NCBI GenBank assembly: GCA_032718475.1
Contig: JAUCBJ010007465.1
Coordinates: 1-45,494, forward strand
Reading direction: 5' to 3'
Source: Nemertoderma westbladi
Lineage: Eukaryota; Animalia; Xenacoelomorpha
Length of the DNA: 45,494 nt
Positions 11,020 to 24,000 of the stretch are shown here, piece by piece. The first letter of the stretch is position 1. Every line of letters starts with the position of its first letter. A program made the translations under genes and the position numbers. The notes beneath the pieces were generated by a model. That model was not told where the DNA came from and made no database searches. It was given only the letters and a program-made list of their open reading frames with translations.

Positions 11020-11275
11020 TAGTATACCGGTATGCTTATAGTATATATAAGTATTATTACAGACTAGTTTATCACAGAATACCGGTAGGTAATTTTAGCA
11101 CAAATATATATAAATATATAATAGGCCTATCGTGAATACCGGTATGCAGTTTACACTTATAGTGTATATATATAAGTATAATTACAGACTAAAATTAATT
11201 ACAGAATACCGGTATGATTTCAACCTAAAATTTATAGAAATAAATATAATAAGCCTATTGTAAATACCGGTATGT
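11020..11275. repeat. AT-rich leader repeats with five TACCGGTA palindromes
   Basis: TACCGGTA at 11025, 11080, 11137, 11207 and 11265, in alternating similar contexts. Confidence 0.85.
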
Positions 11276-11794
11276 CAATTATTTTAGAATAATTGAATTT
11301 CTGAATTTTAAGGGTTACTTGGTTACTTTAACTTACTTTATTACCGTTATTTAAGCAGTAGTCCAACTGATATTGAGACCTAATTGTTGTATGGCAGGCC
11401 TACTATTTATAAATCGTTTGAGTTGATTTATAATATATATATACCCGTTTAATGGGTTTTGTCAATGTTTGAAATAAATGTTATTATTTCTGGGGGAGTC
11501 ACTACACATAAGCTCTGCGCTCTCAGTGGAGTGCTACTTGTTAGACACTAAAACAAATAATTCTAATTTACCTAAGTTACTTAATACTACAAATTACGTA
11601 CAATTCGGGTTGAGATTACAATCTCTAAATAAACACAAAAATTTAATTACAAATACACAAATACACAAATACGAATTTTTAGGGTAATTTTACAAGAAGT
11701 CTACTAACCAGCCTAACAAAGGGTTAGAATATCTGGTTATTACAACGGACAGGTTACTACGGTATTTGAAAATAATAAGTAGTAGTAAATATAC

Positions 11795-14268
11795 TGTGTT
11801 GTCCAGATAGGAAAATACCACAGCCTGACGACCTATAACCGTATCGCTATAGGTACTACGTTATGTATCACGGAGTGTCCCTACCTAGAAGTTAATTACC
11901 GCGGTCTACCCGAACCAACGTGCCTATTAACCACTTTACAACACAAATACACTGCCTACACACTAATCACCTTCGGAAAGTACTGTACACTAAACCCTAA
12001 ATTAGGTACAAGTACTTGTATAACAAATAATCAGTAGTTAAAAATACTTGAACAGCCAAAAGAACCACGGTATCTGCTGGAGTGACCGGTGCACAAAATC
12101 ACCAGTCTTTACCTACGCCGAGCAGCCCTGATGTAGTACCGGGGTTAGTTTAACTATAACAGTATGTATAGCAAACACAATTACTGTAGGAATAAACTTG
12201 GGGATATGAATGTTGCGAATAATCGCATAAACTCTGAATAATAAATATTACGCTACGCGTACAAACCACTCAAACAAAATGCAGACCAAATACTGACAGA
12301 CTACTATCAAGCCTAAACAAACTACGGTATATGCAGACTCCGAAATGGTTAAGTAGTATGCGTTCTAACCCAGTAGTACGACTTATTCTTTAGATGGGGG
12401 TTTACCTTACAGCGATGGCTGCCCCTACTTCCTAACCGTTCTTTATCGGACAGATGCTTTACACACACCGAAATTTCCTCAAACCCAACAGCAGCCAGAC
12501 AACTATCCAGCCTACAAATTATCTAAATAAAATTATACGCTACCCGTACAGACTACACAAACAAAGTACAGACCAAACGCTGGCGGACTCCTATCAAGCC
12601 TAAATAAACCACAGGACATGCAGACTCCGAAATGGTTAAGTAGTATGCGTTCTAACCCAGTAGTACGACTTATTCTTTAGATGGGGGTTTACCTTACAGC
12701 GATGGCTGCCCCTACTTCCTAACCGTTCTTTATCGGACATACACTCTACATGCACTGCAATCCGTTCAGACCTAATCAACAGTCAGCCAACAGTCAAGCC
12801 TACAAATTATCTGTACAATCTGAGCAGGCTTACACGCCTTCTGCTCAATACTGGCCTACAAATAAATAAAACTGGCAGAAATAAGTAAACTATACAAAAG
12901 AATGAGGGGTGATCAATCCCTATTCCCCTGGCAGCCTACAGTATACAATAGATCACAATCGAATAATACTGCTGTACCTATACTGTTGTAGGTACCGGTC
13001 CGGATGATCAGGCAGTCAGGCCTACTGGTTACCGGTCGACCGGTACTTTCGACTAGATTGCTTACACCGCAATCCAGAAGCAATATCTGTTATTGTTTGC
13101 GCTTTTGAAGACCTTTGACAGTTTAACCTGCCAAAATTAGAATGTCTTTTGTTTGATAGATAGTCTTTAGCCTATGACGAGTATTTGATACACTACATTA
13201 GCCGAAGCCAGTCTATGCGCAATCATTCACCCGTTGGATATACCCGGGAGACTGAGTTCGGAGCTTAATGATTGATGGTGTAAGCCTACTGTATTATTCG
13301 ACTGATCGTAATATATAATCTCTGACAAATATTATTCACTTTCGGGAAATATTAACAGTTCCTTTAGGACGTGGCGCTCTAAATATGTAAACAGAATTAT
13401 GACTTAAACTAGACACAACGAAAAGGCTATAGATTTACGTATATGGCGCATTCTTTAGGAGATGCTTTGTTATCAGTTACAATCATACACAATGCTGCAC
13501 AATACTGCACACTAATCTGCCGACCTTCACTAAATTTGGTCACGTATAAAGAGAGCAACATACAATTTATGTCGGGCATATGAAATAGCATTAGATTCAC
13601 TTCAAACCACTCAACATAGGTCGCAATCGTTTATCTGTAACCGGTCTCTCTAACCTTTAGTATATCGAGAAGGTGGGGTGTCTGACTATTGATCAGTATT
13701 CCGATATAATAATTCATCAACCAATATAATGAATAACCGACAGTGAAAGCAGTAATATTAGTAAGATATAAACAATAACACTGAATTGCATTGAATTGGT
13801 TTGTAAGTAGTTTGATAACAGATATACGTTCTATAATTAAGCCTACTAATGTAAGACTAAAGACTGAAAACACGGAGGTGCCAAAAGCCGGTGTTCTTAG
13901 GCTCTGGGCAAAAACATAACACTGAACTACTGAGTTCTGTATATACCTCCAACACAGAGACAAAAAACGCTCTGATTGGTCAACCGAACAACGAGAGAAC
14001 AAAGAAACAAAGAAACGTCGACGTGGCAATATCAGCTGTTAGCCGTCGTCATGGTAGCGACACTGTTTTCAAGAGTATCCAGCTTATCGCGTCACGAGAT
14101 TGCGGATTATGTCCTCTAAAGTACAAATACAGTACAAATACAGAAGAAATGACTTTTATGTCCTCTAAAACACCAGTACAGCAAGGACACGGCCTTTTTA
14201 TGCCTGGCAAACCAACTACAGAGTACTTTAAGGGAAAATAACCGGTTAATGACGCAAAAGCTTTTACA
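11795..14268 (-). repeat. 5' LTR (long terminal direct repeat, ~2.47 kb)
   Basis: Copy of 150-2625. Abuts CRE RT sequence at 14269. On the - strand it has CCAATCAG (~13976-13983), GTATATA (~13940-13946) and then TCAGT, a plausible Pol II promoter. Confidence 0.85.
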
Positions 14269-16027
14269 GTGCCAGATCTTCCAACTTACGGATCCCAAGT
14301 CCCCCGAGACTGACTGGTAGTGATCCCTGGGTACTGGATTTCGCCTGAAAGTTAACATTGGTGATACTAGAAAAGGCATCTTGGACAACTGTATCAAATT
14401 CCTGCAAGTCACCAGTGTTGTTGAATGTGGGTGATGTGCGCAGAGTGTACTGTAGCCGGGGGACTGCCAGACAATTCTTGAGTAAGGTGAAGCATTGATG
14501 TGCATCAACATATACCAGCCGATTACCCATCACCTCGAGAGACTTGAGCTTTGATTGGATAGCTTGTTCAATAGCATCCCGTGTAAGGGGAGCTCCTAGA
14601 AGGACCTGGTCCACCTTGTCTAGGACCCTAATATTAGGGAGGAGCTGACTGAACTTGTGGATTGTCTCAGTAGCGGCTTCTGGTGTATGGTTGAGTACTG
14701 TATCAATTCACACTTTGCATCGTTAACAATTAGGCCAATCTTCAATAGCTCTGGGATTATTGCCATGACATCCAAAAGTACACTCTCTGTAGTACCAACT
14801 ACCTTACCGTCGTCAAGAAACCAGATATTCAGCTCTGAACCATCTAGTTTGGTTACAGGCTCCTCTCCCACCGCGAAGAGAAGAGGGCCGCTAGGATCAC
14901 CCTGTTGCATACCGGTGGCCGATTCGATGATGTGATCTCCGAAAATAAGGACTGTAGGTGAGGAATAAGCCTGCCACACAAGGGGGTAAATGTTTGGCAA
15001 ACGATCACGAGCTGCCTTCAGGAATACATCACAACGCATACTGTTAAATGCATTCTTCATGTCGATTTTCAGTACCACCTTCTGTTCCTTAGTGCCACTG
15101 ATATATTGCCGGGTCGCATGAACAGCTGCCTCGCAACCACCCTTGGTTCCATAACCTAGCTGTGTGGGCCTTAGTTCAGCTCCAAGATCTTCTGAGAGGG
15201 GTTTAATGCCAGTTTTTGTCACCAAGCGCCGGAATGTATTGCCGGCAGCAATTGGACGCAGACCTCCCCCCTTTTTGTTAAGGGCGCAGAGACAGGCCCC
15301 AAAGAAGATTTGCACAGCAAATTTAGGGGTTTCCCCACGGTGTGCTGTATTTGCGAGCCTAGTCAATTCACTGAGCAGCTTGTCACCAGCAGCTCCAGTT
15401 CCTCTGCTAACCATGTCATGGAGATGACCTGGGCGAAGGCCATCGGGGCCAGCAGCAGAAGGAAGGGGGAATGAATGGATACTGGCAAGGACGTCCTCCT
15501 TCGTAGTGATAACTGGACCTGCTAGTGTGTCATCGGGGGGTGGTGGGAGATCAAGGTCAAGTGGGGCAAGTGGGTGCTTCTCCCTGAGGGCATTGATTGT
15601 ATCTTTACTGTGGTCTGCAAAACCCTCCTGTGATGTGATAATCCTTACAGCGCCTCGGACATCGCCATCCATGAACTTGGCTGAAACTCGCTTGCGTATG
15701 AGTTCTGCTTCATCTAGATTTGATGGTTTGTGCTGCTGATGTGTAGTGTGCAGAGGAACACGAGGATTGGGAAGGCAGGGTGACGCCATATAGTCTCTTA
15801 TTTGCTGCTTGACTTTAGATGTTAGTGAGGGTTGCAAATGGTCGTTTGTAGCTGGAATCGGCTTTGCTAACGCCCCAAACGAGAATGCTAGGAGCCGGGC
15901 CCAGGTTATTGGCACAGGGTTGTCAATTGCTTCTTTGAGCAAAGGGGCCAGTGCGTCTGCAGCCATGATTCTAGCCCCTTTAGGAATCTTTGCCAACACC
16001 GGAATGGATTGCTTCAGCATGGCAATA
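14269..16027 (-). mobile_element. CRE-clade (RLE-type) non-LTR retrotransposon fragment: RT with one frameshift, 5'-truncated and cut at its 3' side by the BEL LTR
   Basis: Motifs SAAGPDGLRP, LRPIAAGNTFRRL, QLGYGTKGGCEAAVHA, KIDMKNAFN, GMQQGDP, WFLDDG and LPVSLGGLGIR. A frameshift near 14700 joins ORFs 14620-16065 and 14264-14614. Confidence 0.85.
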
Positions 16028-16332
16028 TAAGATACAAGATACATTTGATACATTTTTTGATACATTTTTCAGATGCATTTTTATTTCTAACAAAATAAAC
16101 AGACTACTCTCAGTTACAAACTCTCAGTTGCAGAGACTATTGGTTCGGGGATCGTCGGTATAATATGATTAAACATTTTGTTTCATTTAAGGAAATAAAT
16201 AATCAATGAATTTCTATAAATAAATTTTCCATTAAATATTTGTGCTGGAAGAATTGTTTTTGGTTGACAAGTACTGTAATAATTATTTTCGAGAAATAGA
16301 GTAATTGTGGGTTTGAATAATTGCTTTGTAAC

Positions 16333-16397
16333 GCAAGATTACTTGTTTTGTAACTGTAATGTAAGATTACTTGTTTTGTAACTGTAATGTAAGATTG
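16333..16397. repeat. Short tandem duplication (~28 bp)
   Basis: aagattacttgttttgtaactgtaatgt present about 2.3 times. Confidence 0.75.
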
Positions 16398-16414
16398 TAC
16401 CGTCCACTTACTAC

Positions 16415-16893
16415 TTAGGTCTGATAATTGGAGCCAAACTAGAATTTAGCAGAATTTCAAAATCAGTTGGACAATTTTTTCGCTTGCGACATATTTTTCC
16501 ACTACAAATCCTGAAAGTATTATTTTTTCCTTAATATCCAATAATCACTTTTGGTTTGGGGATCAATATTGAATTCCTACATCAAACCAATAAGAATATG
16601 TGTCTCTTATACAAATATCAGGTAGACAATTTTATATTTGATGTAAGTAATGGTATACATCCTACAATTCTTTGCGAACTACTGTATTTACCAAATCTGC
16701 ATCAGTGCACAAGTATGGAACTAGGTCCGCTATTAATAATGCCGATTTCATTCCCCGAGTTTCCCTGTGTGTGGCGCAGAGGTCCGTTCGATTCCAGGGT
16801 CCAACTATCTGGAACAATCTACATCTTGAGCTTCGTCAAATAAAGTCTAAACAATTATTTTCCAGAAACATTAATCACCTAATCTCTTCTTAG
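16415..16893 (+). pseudogene. Degenerate 3' fragment of a CR1-group LINE ORF2
   Basis: Broken reading ISKSVG…RLRHIFPLQIL, then HKYGTR…SVRFQGPTIWNNL…IKSKQLF, typical of CR1/Crack/Daphne ORF2 C-termini. Confidence 0.7.
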
Positions 16894-17821
16894 AATTGAA
16901 TTATATTTTTTCAGACGGAATACTTTCCCAATAGTGTATTTTCTTTGCTGTTTAGCAATAGTATTAGTCAGTGAATTTAGTTTATTTTAAATCTAATAAG
17001 TGTATGTCACATCATTATTACTTTCTTTTTTATTTTTAGTATTAAGGACAATATCTTGAAACTGCCATAACATAACATTATCTACAAATCTGCAGCCTTC
17101 TGTTCTTCTAATGCAGCCAAGTATTGTCCGCACTAGCTATGCTATTTGGGTGCTACTTCGCTTAACTCTAGCTACTGCTGTTTACCTCTGTGTGTACGGT
17201 ATGTATCACCACTACCGTAGCACCACTACCCGTACTACGGTATGGTACCACGATAGGGTAATACCGTAATTTACTATAATTCTCCGTATTCTAAGCCAGA
17301 TGTTAAAAGGCAAAAACACGTCCTATAGCTAGGTGCTAAAAAATAATACTGACCAAAGAAATCTCAAACGGTGACATAAAACTAAAATGGCTCCCAATTT
17401 AGAATCTCAGAATTATGTAGAATCACGCACCATGGTGATTTATATACAGTAGCAACTTCCAATCAGAAGCTTAGTTACCGCATTGTTAACTACTGTAGAG
17501 TTCAACAGGGAATCAAGAATATAAAAAACAATTCTTATTGGTCGTATTACTGTGGAGCAAATCAATGTATATACATGTATACCAGAAATGAACACGTCGG
17601 GGCGTGTGGATTTGGGGAATCCTACCTAGATATTTAATCAGTTTTGTGAATCTTATCTAAATACTGAATCAGTTCTATAGTTTTGGAGTAGAACAGCGCA
17701 TTGCTAATAAAATGTGAATTTGAGTCGCAAAAGCTTTAACAATGTGTTCTCCCTTTAGAATGGGTTTTAGTTGGAATGACGTGTGACGCACTGATTGGTT
17801 GTTTGTAAATCCCTCTTACAG

Positions 17822-18040
17822 GTATCAAAGTCAACGACTTATCTGCCACGGGGACCGGAACCAATCCATTCAACTACGTAAACGAATGTAAATGTTGCGT
17901 CGGAACCGTACAAAATGTCGCAACCACGTTCGTTTGCGACGATCTAACGGAATTAGTAATAGACGTTCCGTCGATAGTAGAAGGAACTTGTGGATGTTTG
18001 ACGTGTTCTGGAGGTACTGGAACGAATCAACCACCTGAAG
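17822..18040 (+). CDS. Host gene exon: second half of a C-terminal cystine-knot (CTCK) domain, mucin/von Willebrand factor-like secreted protein
   Basis: Acceptor ccctcttacAG and donor AAG|GTGAGT. The 219-nt phase 1-1 exon is open and reads IKVNDLSATGTGTNPFNYVNECKCCVGTVQNVATTFVCDDLTELVIDVPSIVEGTCGCLTCSGGTGTNQPPE, with the CxCC-x12-C-x17-CxCxxC pattern. Confidence 0.85.
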
Positions 18041-18047
18041 GTGAGTC

Positions 18048-21000
18048 ACTCTCCTAGGGTTTGTTCTATGTTCCACTCCTTTAGTAGCTGCTATACGAAC
18101 TTTCTATTGGTTCTATGTTCCGTTCCTTTAGTAGCTATACGAACTCTCTGTTGGTTCTATGTTCCATTCCTTTAGTAGCTATACGAACTTTCTATTGGTT
18201 CTATGTTCCATTCCTTTAGTAGCTGCTATACGAACTCTCCGTTGGTTCTATGTTCCATTCCTTTAGTAGCTATACGAACTCTCCGTTGATTCTATGTTCC
18301 ACTCCTTTAGTAGCTATACGAACTCTCTGTTGGTTCTATGTTCCATTCCTTTAGTAGCTATACGAACTTTCTATTGGTTCTATGTTCCATTCCTTTAGTA
18401 GCTGCTATACGAACTCTCCGTTGGTTCTATGTTCCATTCCTTTAGTAGCTATACGAACTCTCCGTTGATTCTATGTTCCACTCCTTTAGTAGCTATACGA
18501 ACTCTCCGTTGGTTCTATGTTCCGTTCCTTTAGTAGCTGCTATACGAACTCTCTGTTGGTTCTATGTTCCGTTCCTTTAGTAGCTATACGAACTCTCCGT
18601 TGGTTCTATGTTCCGTTCCTTTAGTAGCTGCTATACGAACTCTCTGTTGGTTCTATGTTCCTTTCCTTTAGTAGCTATACGAACTCTCCGTTGGTTCTAT
18701 GTTCCATTCCTTTAGTAGCTGCTATACGAACTCTCCGTTGGTTCTATGTTCCGTTCCTTTAGTAGCTGCTATACGAACTCTCTGTTGGTTCTATGTTCCG
18801 TTCCTTTAGTAGCTATACGAACTCTCCGTTGGTTCTATGTTCCGTTCCTTTAGTAGCTGCTATACGAACTCTCTGTTGGTTCTATGTTCCTTTCCTTTAG
18901 TAGCTATACGAACTCTCCGTTGGTTCTATGTTCCATTCCTTTAGTAGCTGCTATACGAACTCTCCGTTGGTTCTATGTTCCGTTCCTTTAGTAGCTGCTA
19001 TACGAACTCTCTGTTGGTTCTATGTTCCGTTCCTTTAGTAGCTATACGAACTCTCTGTTGGTTCTATGTTCCTTTCCTTTAGTAGCTATACGAACTCTCC
19101 GTTGGTTCTATGTTCCATTCCTTTAGTAGCTGCTATACGAACTCTCCGTTGGTTCTATGTTCCGTTCCTTTAGTAGCTATACGAACTCTCCGTTGGTTCT
19201 ATGTTCCGTTCCTTTAGTAGCTATACGAACTCTGCGTTGGTTCTATGTTCCACTCCTTTAGTAGCTATACGAACTCTCCGTTGGTTCTATGTTCCGTTCC
19301 TCTAGTAGCTGCTATACGAACTCTCCGTTGGTTCTATGTTCCATTCCTTTAGTAGCTGCTATACGAACTCTCTGTTGGTTCTATGTTCCGTTCCTTTAGT
19401 AGCTGCTATACGAACTCTCCGTTGGTTCTATGTTCCATTCCTTTAGTAGCTGCTATACGAACTCTCTGTTGGTTCTATGTTCCGTTCCTTTAGTAGCTAT
19501 ACGAACTCTCCGTTGGTTCTATGTTCCGTTCCTTTAGTAGCTATACGAACTCTCTGTTGGTTCTATGTTCCGTTCCTTTAGTAGCTATACGAACTCTCCG
19601 TTGGTTCTATGTTCCATTCCTTTAGTAGCTATACGAACTCTGCGTTGGTTCTATGTTCCACTCCTTTAGTAGCTATACGAACTCTCCGTTGGTTCTATGT
19701 TCCGTTCCTTTAGTAGCTATACGAACTCTCCGTTGGTTCTATGTTCCATTCCTTTAGTAGCTATACGAACTCTCTGTTGGTTCTATGTTCCGTTCCTTTA
19801 GTAGCTATACGAACTCTCCGTTGGTTCTATGTTCCATTCCTTTAGTAGCTATACGAACTCTCCGTTGGTTCTATGTTCCACTCCTTTATTAGCTATACGA
19901 ACTCTCCGTTGGTTCTATGTTCCGTTCCTTTAGTAGCTGCTATACGAACTCTCTGTTGGTTCTATGTTCCGTTCCTTTAGTAGCTATACGAACTCTCCGT
20001 TGGTTCTATGTTCCGTTCCTTTAGTAGCTGCTATACGAACTCTCTGTTGGTTCTATGTTCCTTTCCTTTAGTAGCTATACGAACTCTCCGTTGGTTCTAT
20101 GTTCCATTCCTTTAGTAGCTGCTATACGAACTCTCCGTTGGTTCTATGTTCCGTTCCTTTAGTAGCTATACGAACTCTCCGTTGGTTCTATGTTCCGTTC
20201 CTTTAGTAGCTATACGAACTCTGCGTTGGTTCTATGTTCCACTCCTTTAGTAGCTATACGAACTCTCCGTTGGTTCTATGTTCCGTTCCTTTAGTAGCTG
20301 CTATACGAACTCTCTGTTGGTTCTATGTTCCGTTCCTTTAGTAGCTATACGAACTCTCCGTTGGTTCTATGTTCCGTTCCTTTAGTACCGTTCCTTTAGT
20401 AGCTGCTATACGAACTCTCTGTTGGTTCTATGTTCCGTTCCTTTAGTAGCTATACGAACTCTCCGTTGGTTCTATGTTCCATTCCTTTAGTAGCTATACG
20501 AACTCTCCGTTGGTTCTATGTTCCGTTCCTTTAGTAGCTGCTATACGAACTCTCTGTTGGTTCTATGTTCCGTTCCTTTAGTAGCTATACGAACTCTGCG
20601 TTGGTTCTATGTTCCACTCCTTTAGTAGCTATACGAACTCTCCGTTGGTTCTATGTTCCGTTCCTTTAGTAGCTGCTATACGAACTCTCTGTTGGTTCTA
20701 TGTTCCGTTCCTTTAGTAGCTATACGAACTCTCCGTTGGTTCTATGTTCCGTTCCTTTAGTACCGTTCCTTTAGTAGCTGCTATACGAACTCTCTGTTGG
20801 TTCTATGTTCCGTTCCTTTAGTAGCTATACGAACTCTCCGTTGGTTCTATGTTCCATTCCTTTAGTAGCTGCTATACGAACTCTCCGTTGGTTCTATGTT
20901 CCGTTCCTTTAGTAGCTGCTATACGAACTCTCTGTTGGTTCTATGTTCCGTTCCTTTAGTAGCTATACGAACTCTCCGTTGGTTCTATGTTCCATTCCTT

Positions 21001-24000
21001 TAGTAGCTGCTATACGAACTCTCCGTTGGTTCTATGTTCCGTTCCTTTAGTAGCTGCTATACGAACTCTCCGTTGGTTCTATGTTCCACTCCTTTAGTAG
21101 CTGCTATACGAACTCTCTGTTGGTTCTATGTTCCTTTCCTTTAGTAGCTATACGAACTCTCCGTTGGTTCTATGTTCCGTTCCTTTAGTACCGTTCCTTT
21201 AGTAGCTGCTATACGAACTCTCTGTTGGTTCTATGTTCCGTTCCTTTAGTAGCTATACGAACTCTCCGTTGGTTCTATGTTCCATTCCTTTAGTAGCTGC
21301 TATACGAACTCTCCGTTGGTTCTATGTTCCGTTCCTTTAGTAGCTGCTATACGAACTCTCTGTTGGTTCTATGTTCCGTTCCTTTAGTAGCTATACGAAC
21401 TCTCCGTTGGTTCTATGTTCCATTCCTTTAGTAGCTGCTATACGAACTCTCCGTTGGTTCTATGTTCCGTTCCTTTAGTAGCTGCTATACGAACTCTCCG
21501 TTGGTTCTATGTTCCACTCCTTTAGTAGCTGCTATACGAACTCTCTGTTGGTTCTATGTTCCGTTCCTTTAGTAGCTGCTATACGAACTCTCTGTTGGTT
21601 CTATGTTCCGTTCCTTTAGTAGCTATACGAACTCTCCGTTGGTTCTATGTTCCATTCCTTTAGTAGCTGCTATACGAACTCTCCGTTGGTTCTATGTTCC
21701 GTTCCTTTAGTAGCTGCTATACGAACTCTCCGTTGGTTCTATGTTCCACTCCTTTAGTAGCTGCTATACGAACTCTCTGTTGGTTCTATGTTCCTTTCCT
21801 TTAGTAGCTATACGAACTCTCCGTTGGTTCTATGTTCCGTTCCTTTAGTAGCTGCTATACGAACTCTACGTTGGTTCTATGTTCCATTCCTTTAGTAGCT
21901 GCTATACGAACTCTCTGTTGGTTCTATGTTCCATTCCTTTAGTAGCTATACGAACTCTCCGTTGGTTCTATGTTCCATTCCTTTAGTAGCTGCTATACGA
22001 ACTCTCTGTTGGTTCTATGTTCCGTTCCTTTAGTAGCTATACGAACTCTCCGTTGGTTCTATGTTCCATTCCTTTAGTAGCTATACGAACTCTACGTTGG
22101 TTCTATGTTCCATTCCTTTAGTAGCTATACGAACTCTCCGTTGGTTCTATGTTCCATTCCTTTAGTAGCTGCTATACGAACTCTCCGTTGGTTCTATGTT
22201 CCATTCCTTTAGTAGCTATACGAACTCTCCGTTGGTTCTATGTTCCATTCCTTTAGTAGCTGCTATACGAACTCTACGTTGGTTCTATGTTCCATTCCTT
22301 TAGTAGCTATACGAACTCTCTGTTGGTTCTATGTTCCATTCCTTTAGTAGCTATACGAACTCTCTGTTGGTTCTATGTTCCGTTCCTTTAGTAGCTATAC
22401 GAACTCTCCGCTGGTTCTATGTTCCATTCCTTTAGTAGCTATACGAACTCTCTGTTGGTTCTATGTTCCGTTCCTTTAGTAGCTATACGAACTCTCCGCT
22501 GGTTCTATGTTCCATTCCTTTAGTAGCTATACGAACTCTACGTTGGTTCTATGTTCCATTCCTTTAGTAGCTATACGAACTCTCTGTTGGTTCTATGTTC
22601 CATTCCTTTAGTAGCTATACGAACTCTCTGTTGGTTCTATGTTCCGTTCCTTTAGTAGCTATACGAACTCTCCGCTGGTTCTATGTTCCATTCCTTTAGT
22701 AGCTATACGAACTCTACGTTGGTTCTATGTTCCATTCCTTTAGTAGCTATACGAACTCTCTGTTGGTTCTATGTTCCATTCCTTTAGTAGCTATACGAAC
22801 TCTCTGTTGGTTCTATGTTCCATTCCTTTAGTAGCTATACGAACTCTCCGTTGGTTCTATGTTCCATTCCTTTAGTAGCTATACGAACTCTCCGTTGGTT
22901 CTATGTTCCATTCCTTTAGTAGCTATACGAACTCTCCGTTGGTTCTATGTTCCATTCCTTTAGTAGCTGCTATACGAACTCTCCGTTGGTTCTATGTTCC
23001 ATTCCTTTAGTAGCTATACGAACTCTCCGTTGGTTCTATGTTCCATTCCTTTAGTAGCTATACGAACTCTCCGTTGGTTCTATGTTCCATTCCTTTAGTA
23101 GCTGCTATACGAACTCTCCGTTGGTTCTATGTTCCATTCCTTTAGTAGCTCTATACGAACTCTCCGTTGGTTCTATGTTCCATTCCTTTAGTAGCTATAC
23201 GAACTCTCCGTTGGTTCTATGTTCCATTCCTTTAGTAGCTATACGAACTCTCCGTTGGTTCTATGTTCCATTCCTTTAGTAGCTGCTATACGAACTCTCC
23301 GTTGGTTCTATGTTCCATTCCTTTAGTAGCTGCTATACGAACTCTCCGTTGGTTCTATGTTCCATTCCTTTAGTAGCTGCTATACGAACTCTCCGTTGGT
23401 TCTATGTTCCATTCCTTTAGTAGCTATACGAACTCTCCGTTGGTTCTATGTTCCGTTCCTTTAGTAGCTATACGAACTCTCCGTTGGTTCTATGTTCCAT
23501 TCCTTTAGTAGCTGCTATACGAACTCTCCGTTGGTTCTATGTTCCATTCCTTTAGTAGCTGCTATACGAACTCTCCGTTGGTTCTATGTTCCATTCCTTT
23601 AGTAGCTGCTATACGAACTCTCCGTTGGTTCTATGTTCCGTTCCTTTAGTAGCTATACGAACTCTCCGCTGGTTCTATGTTCCATTCCTTTAGTAGCTAT
23701 ACGAACTCTCCGTTGGTTCTATGTTCCATTCCTTTAGTAGCTATACGAACTCTCCGTTGGTTCTATGTTCCATTCCTTTAGTAGCTATACGAACTCTCTG
23801 TTGGTTCTATGTTCCATTCCTTTAGTAGCTATACGAACTCTCTGTTGGTTCTATGTTCCATTCCTTTAGTAGCTATACGAACTCTCTGTTGGTTCTATGT
23901 TCCGTTCCTTTAGTAGCTATACGAACTCTCCGCTGGTTCTATGTTCCATTCCTTTAGTAGCTATACGAACTCTCTGTTGGTTCTATGTTCCGTTCCTTTA

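Larger units (their letters stand above)
150..14268 (-). mobile_element. BEL/Pao LTR retrotransposon, internally deleted (non-autonomous) copy
   Basis: Two ~2.48-kb near-identical direct repeats flank a - strand ORF with BEL-type Gag, three Cys/His knuckles and an aspartic protease. The repeat starts TGTAAAAG on the - strand, with a purine tract just before the left copy. The left boundary is uncertain (no TSD found). Confidence 0.9.

Noticed and set aside
17870-18076. 68-aa - strand ORF
   Set aside because: Antisense to the splice-bounded CTCK exon, which explains the region better.
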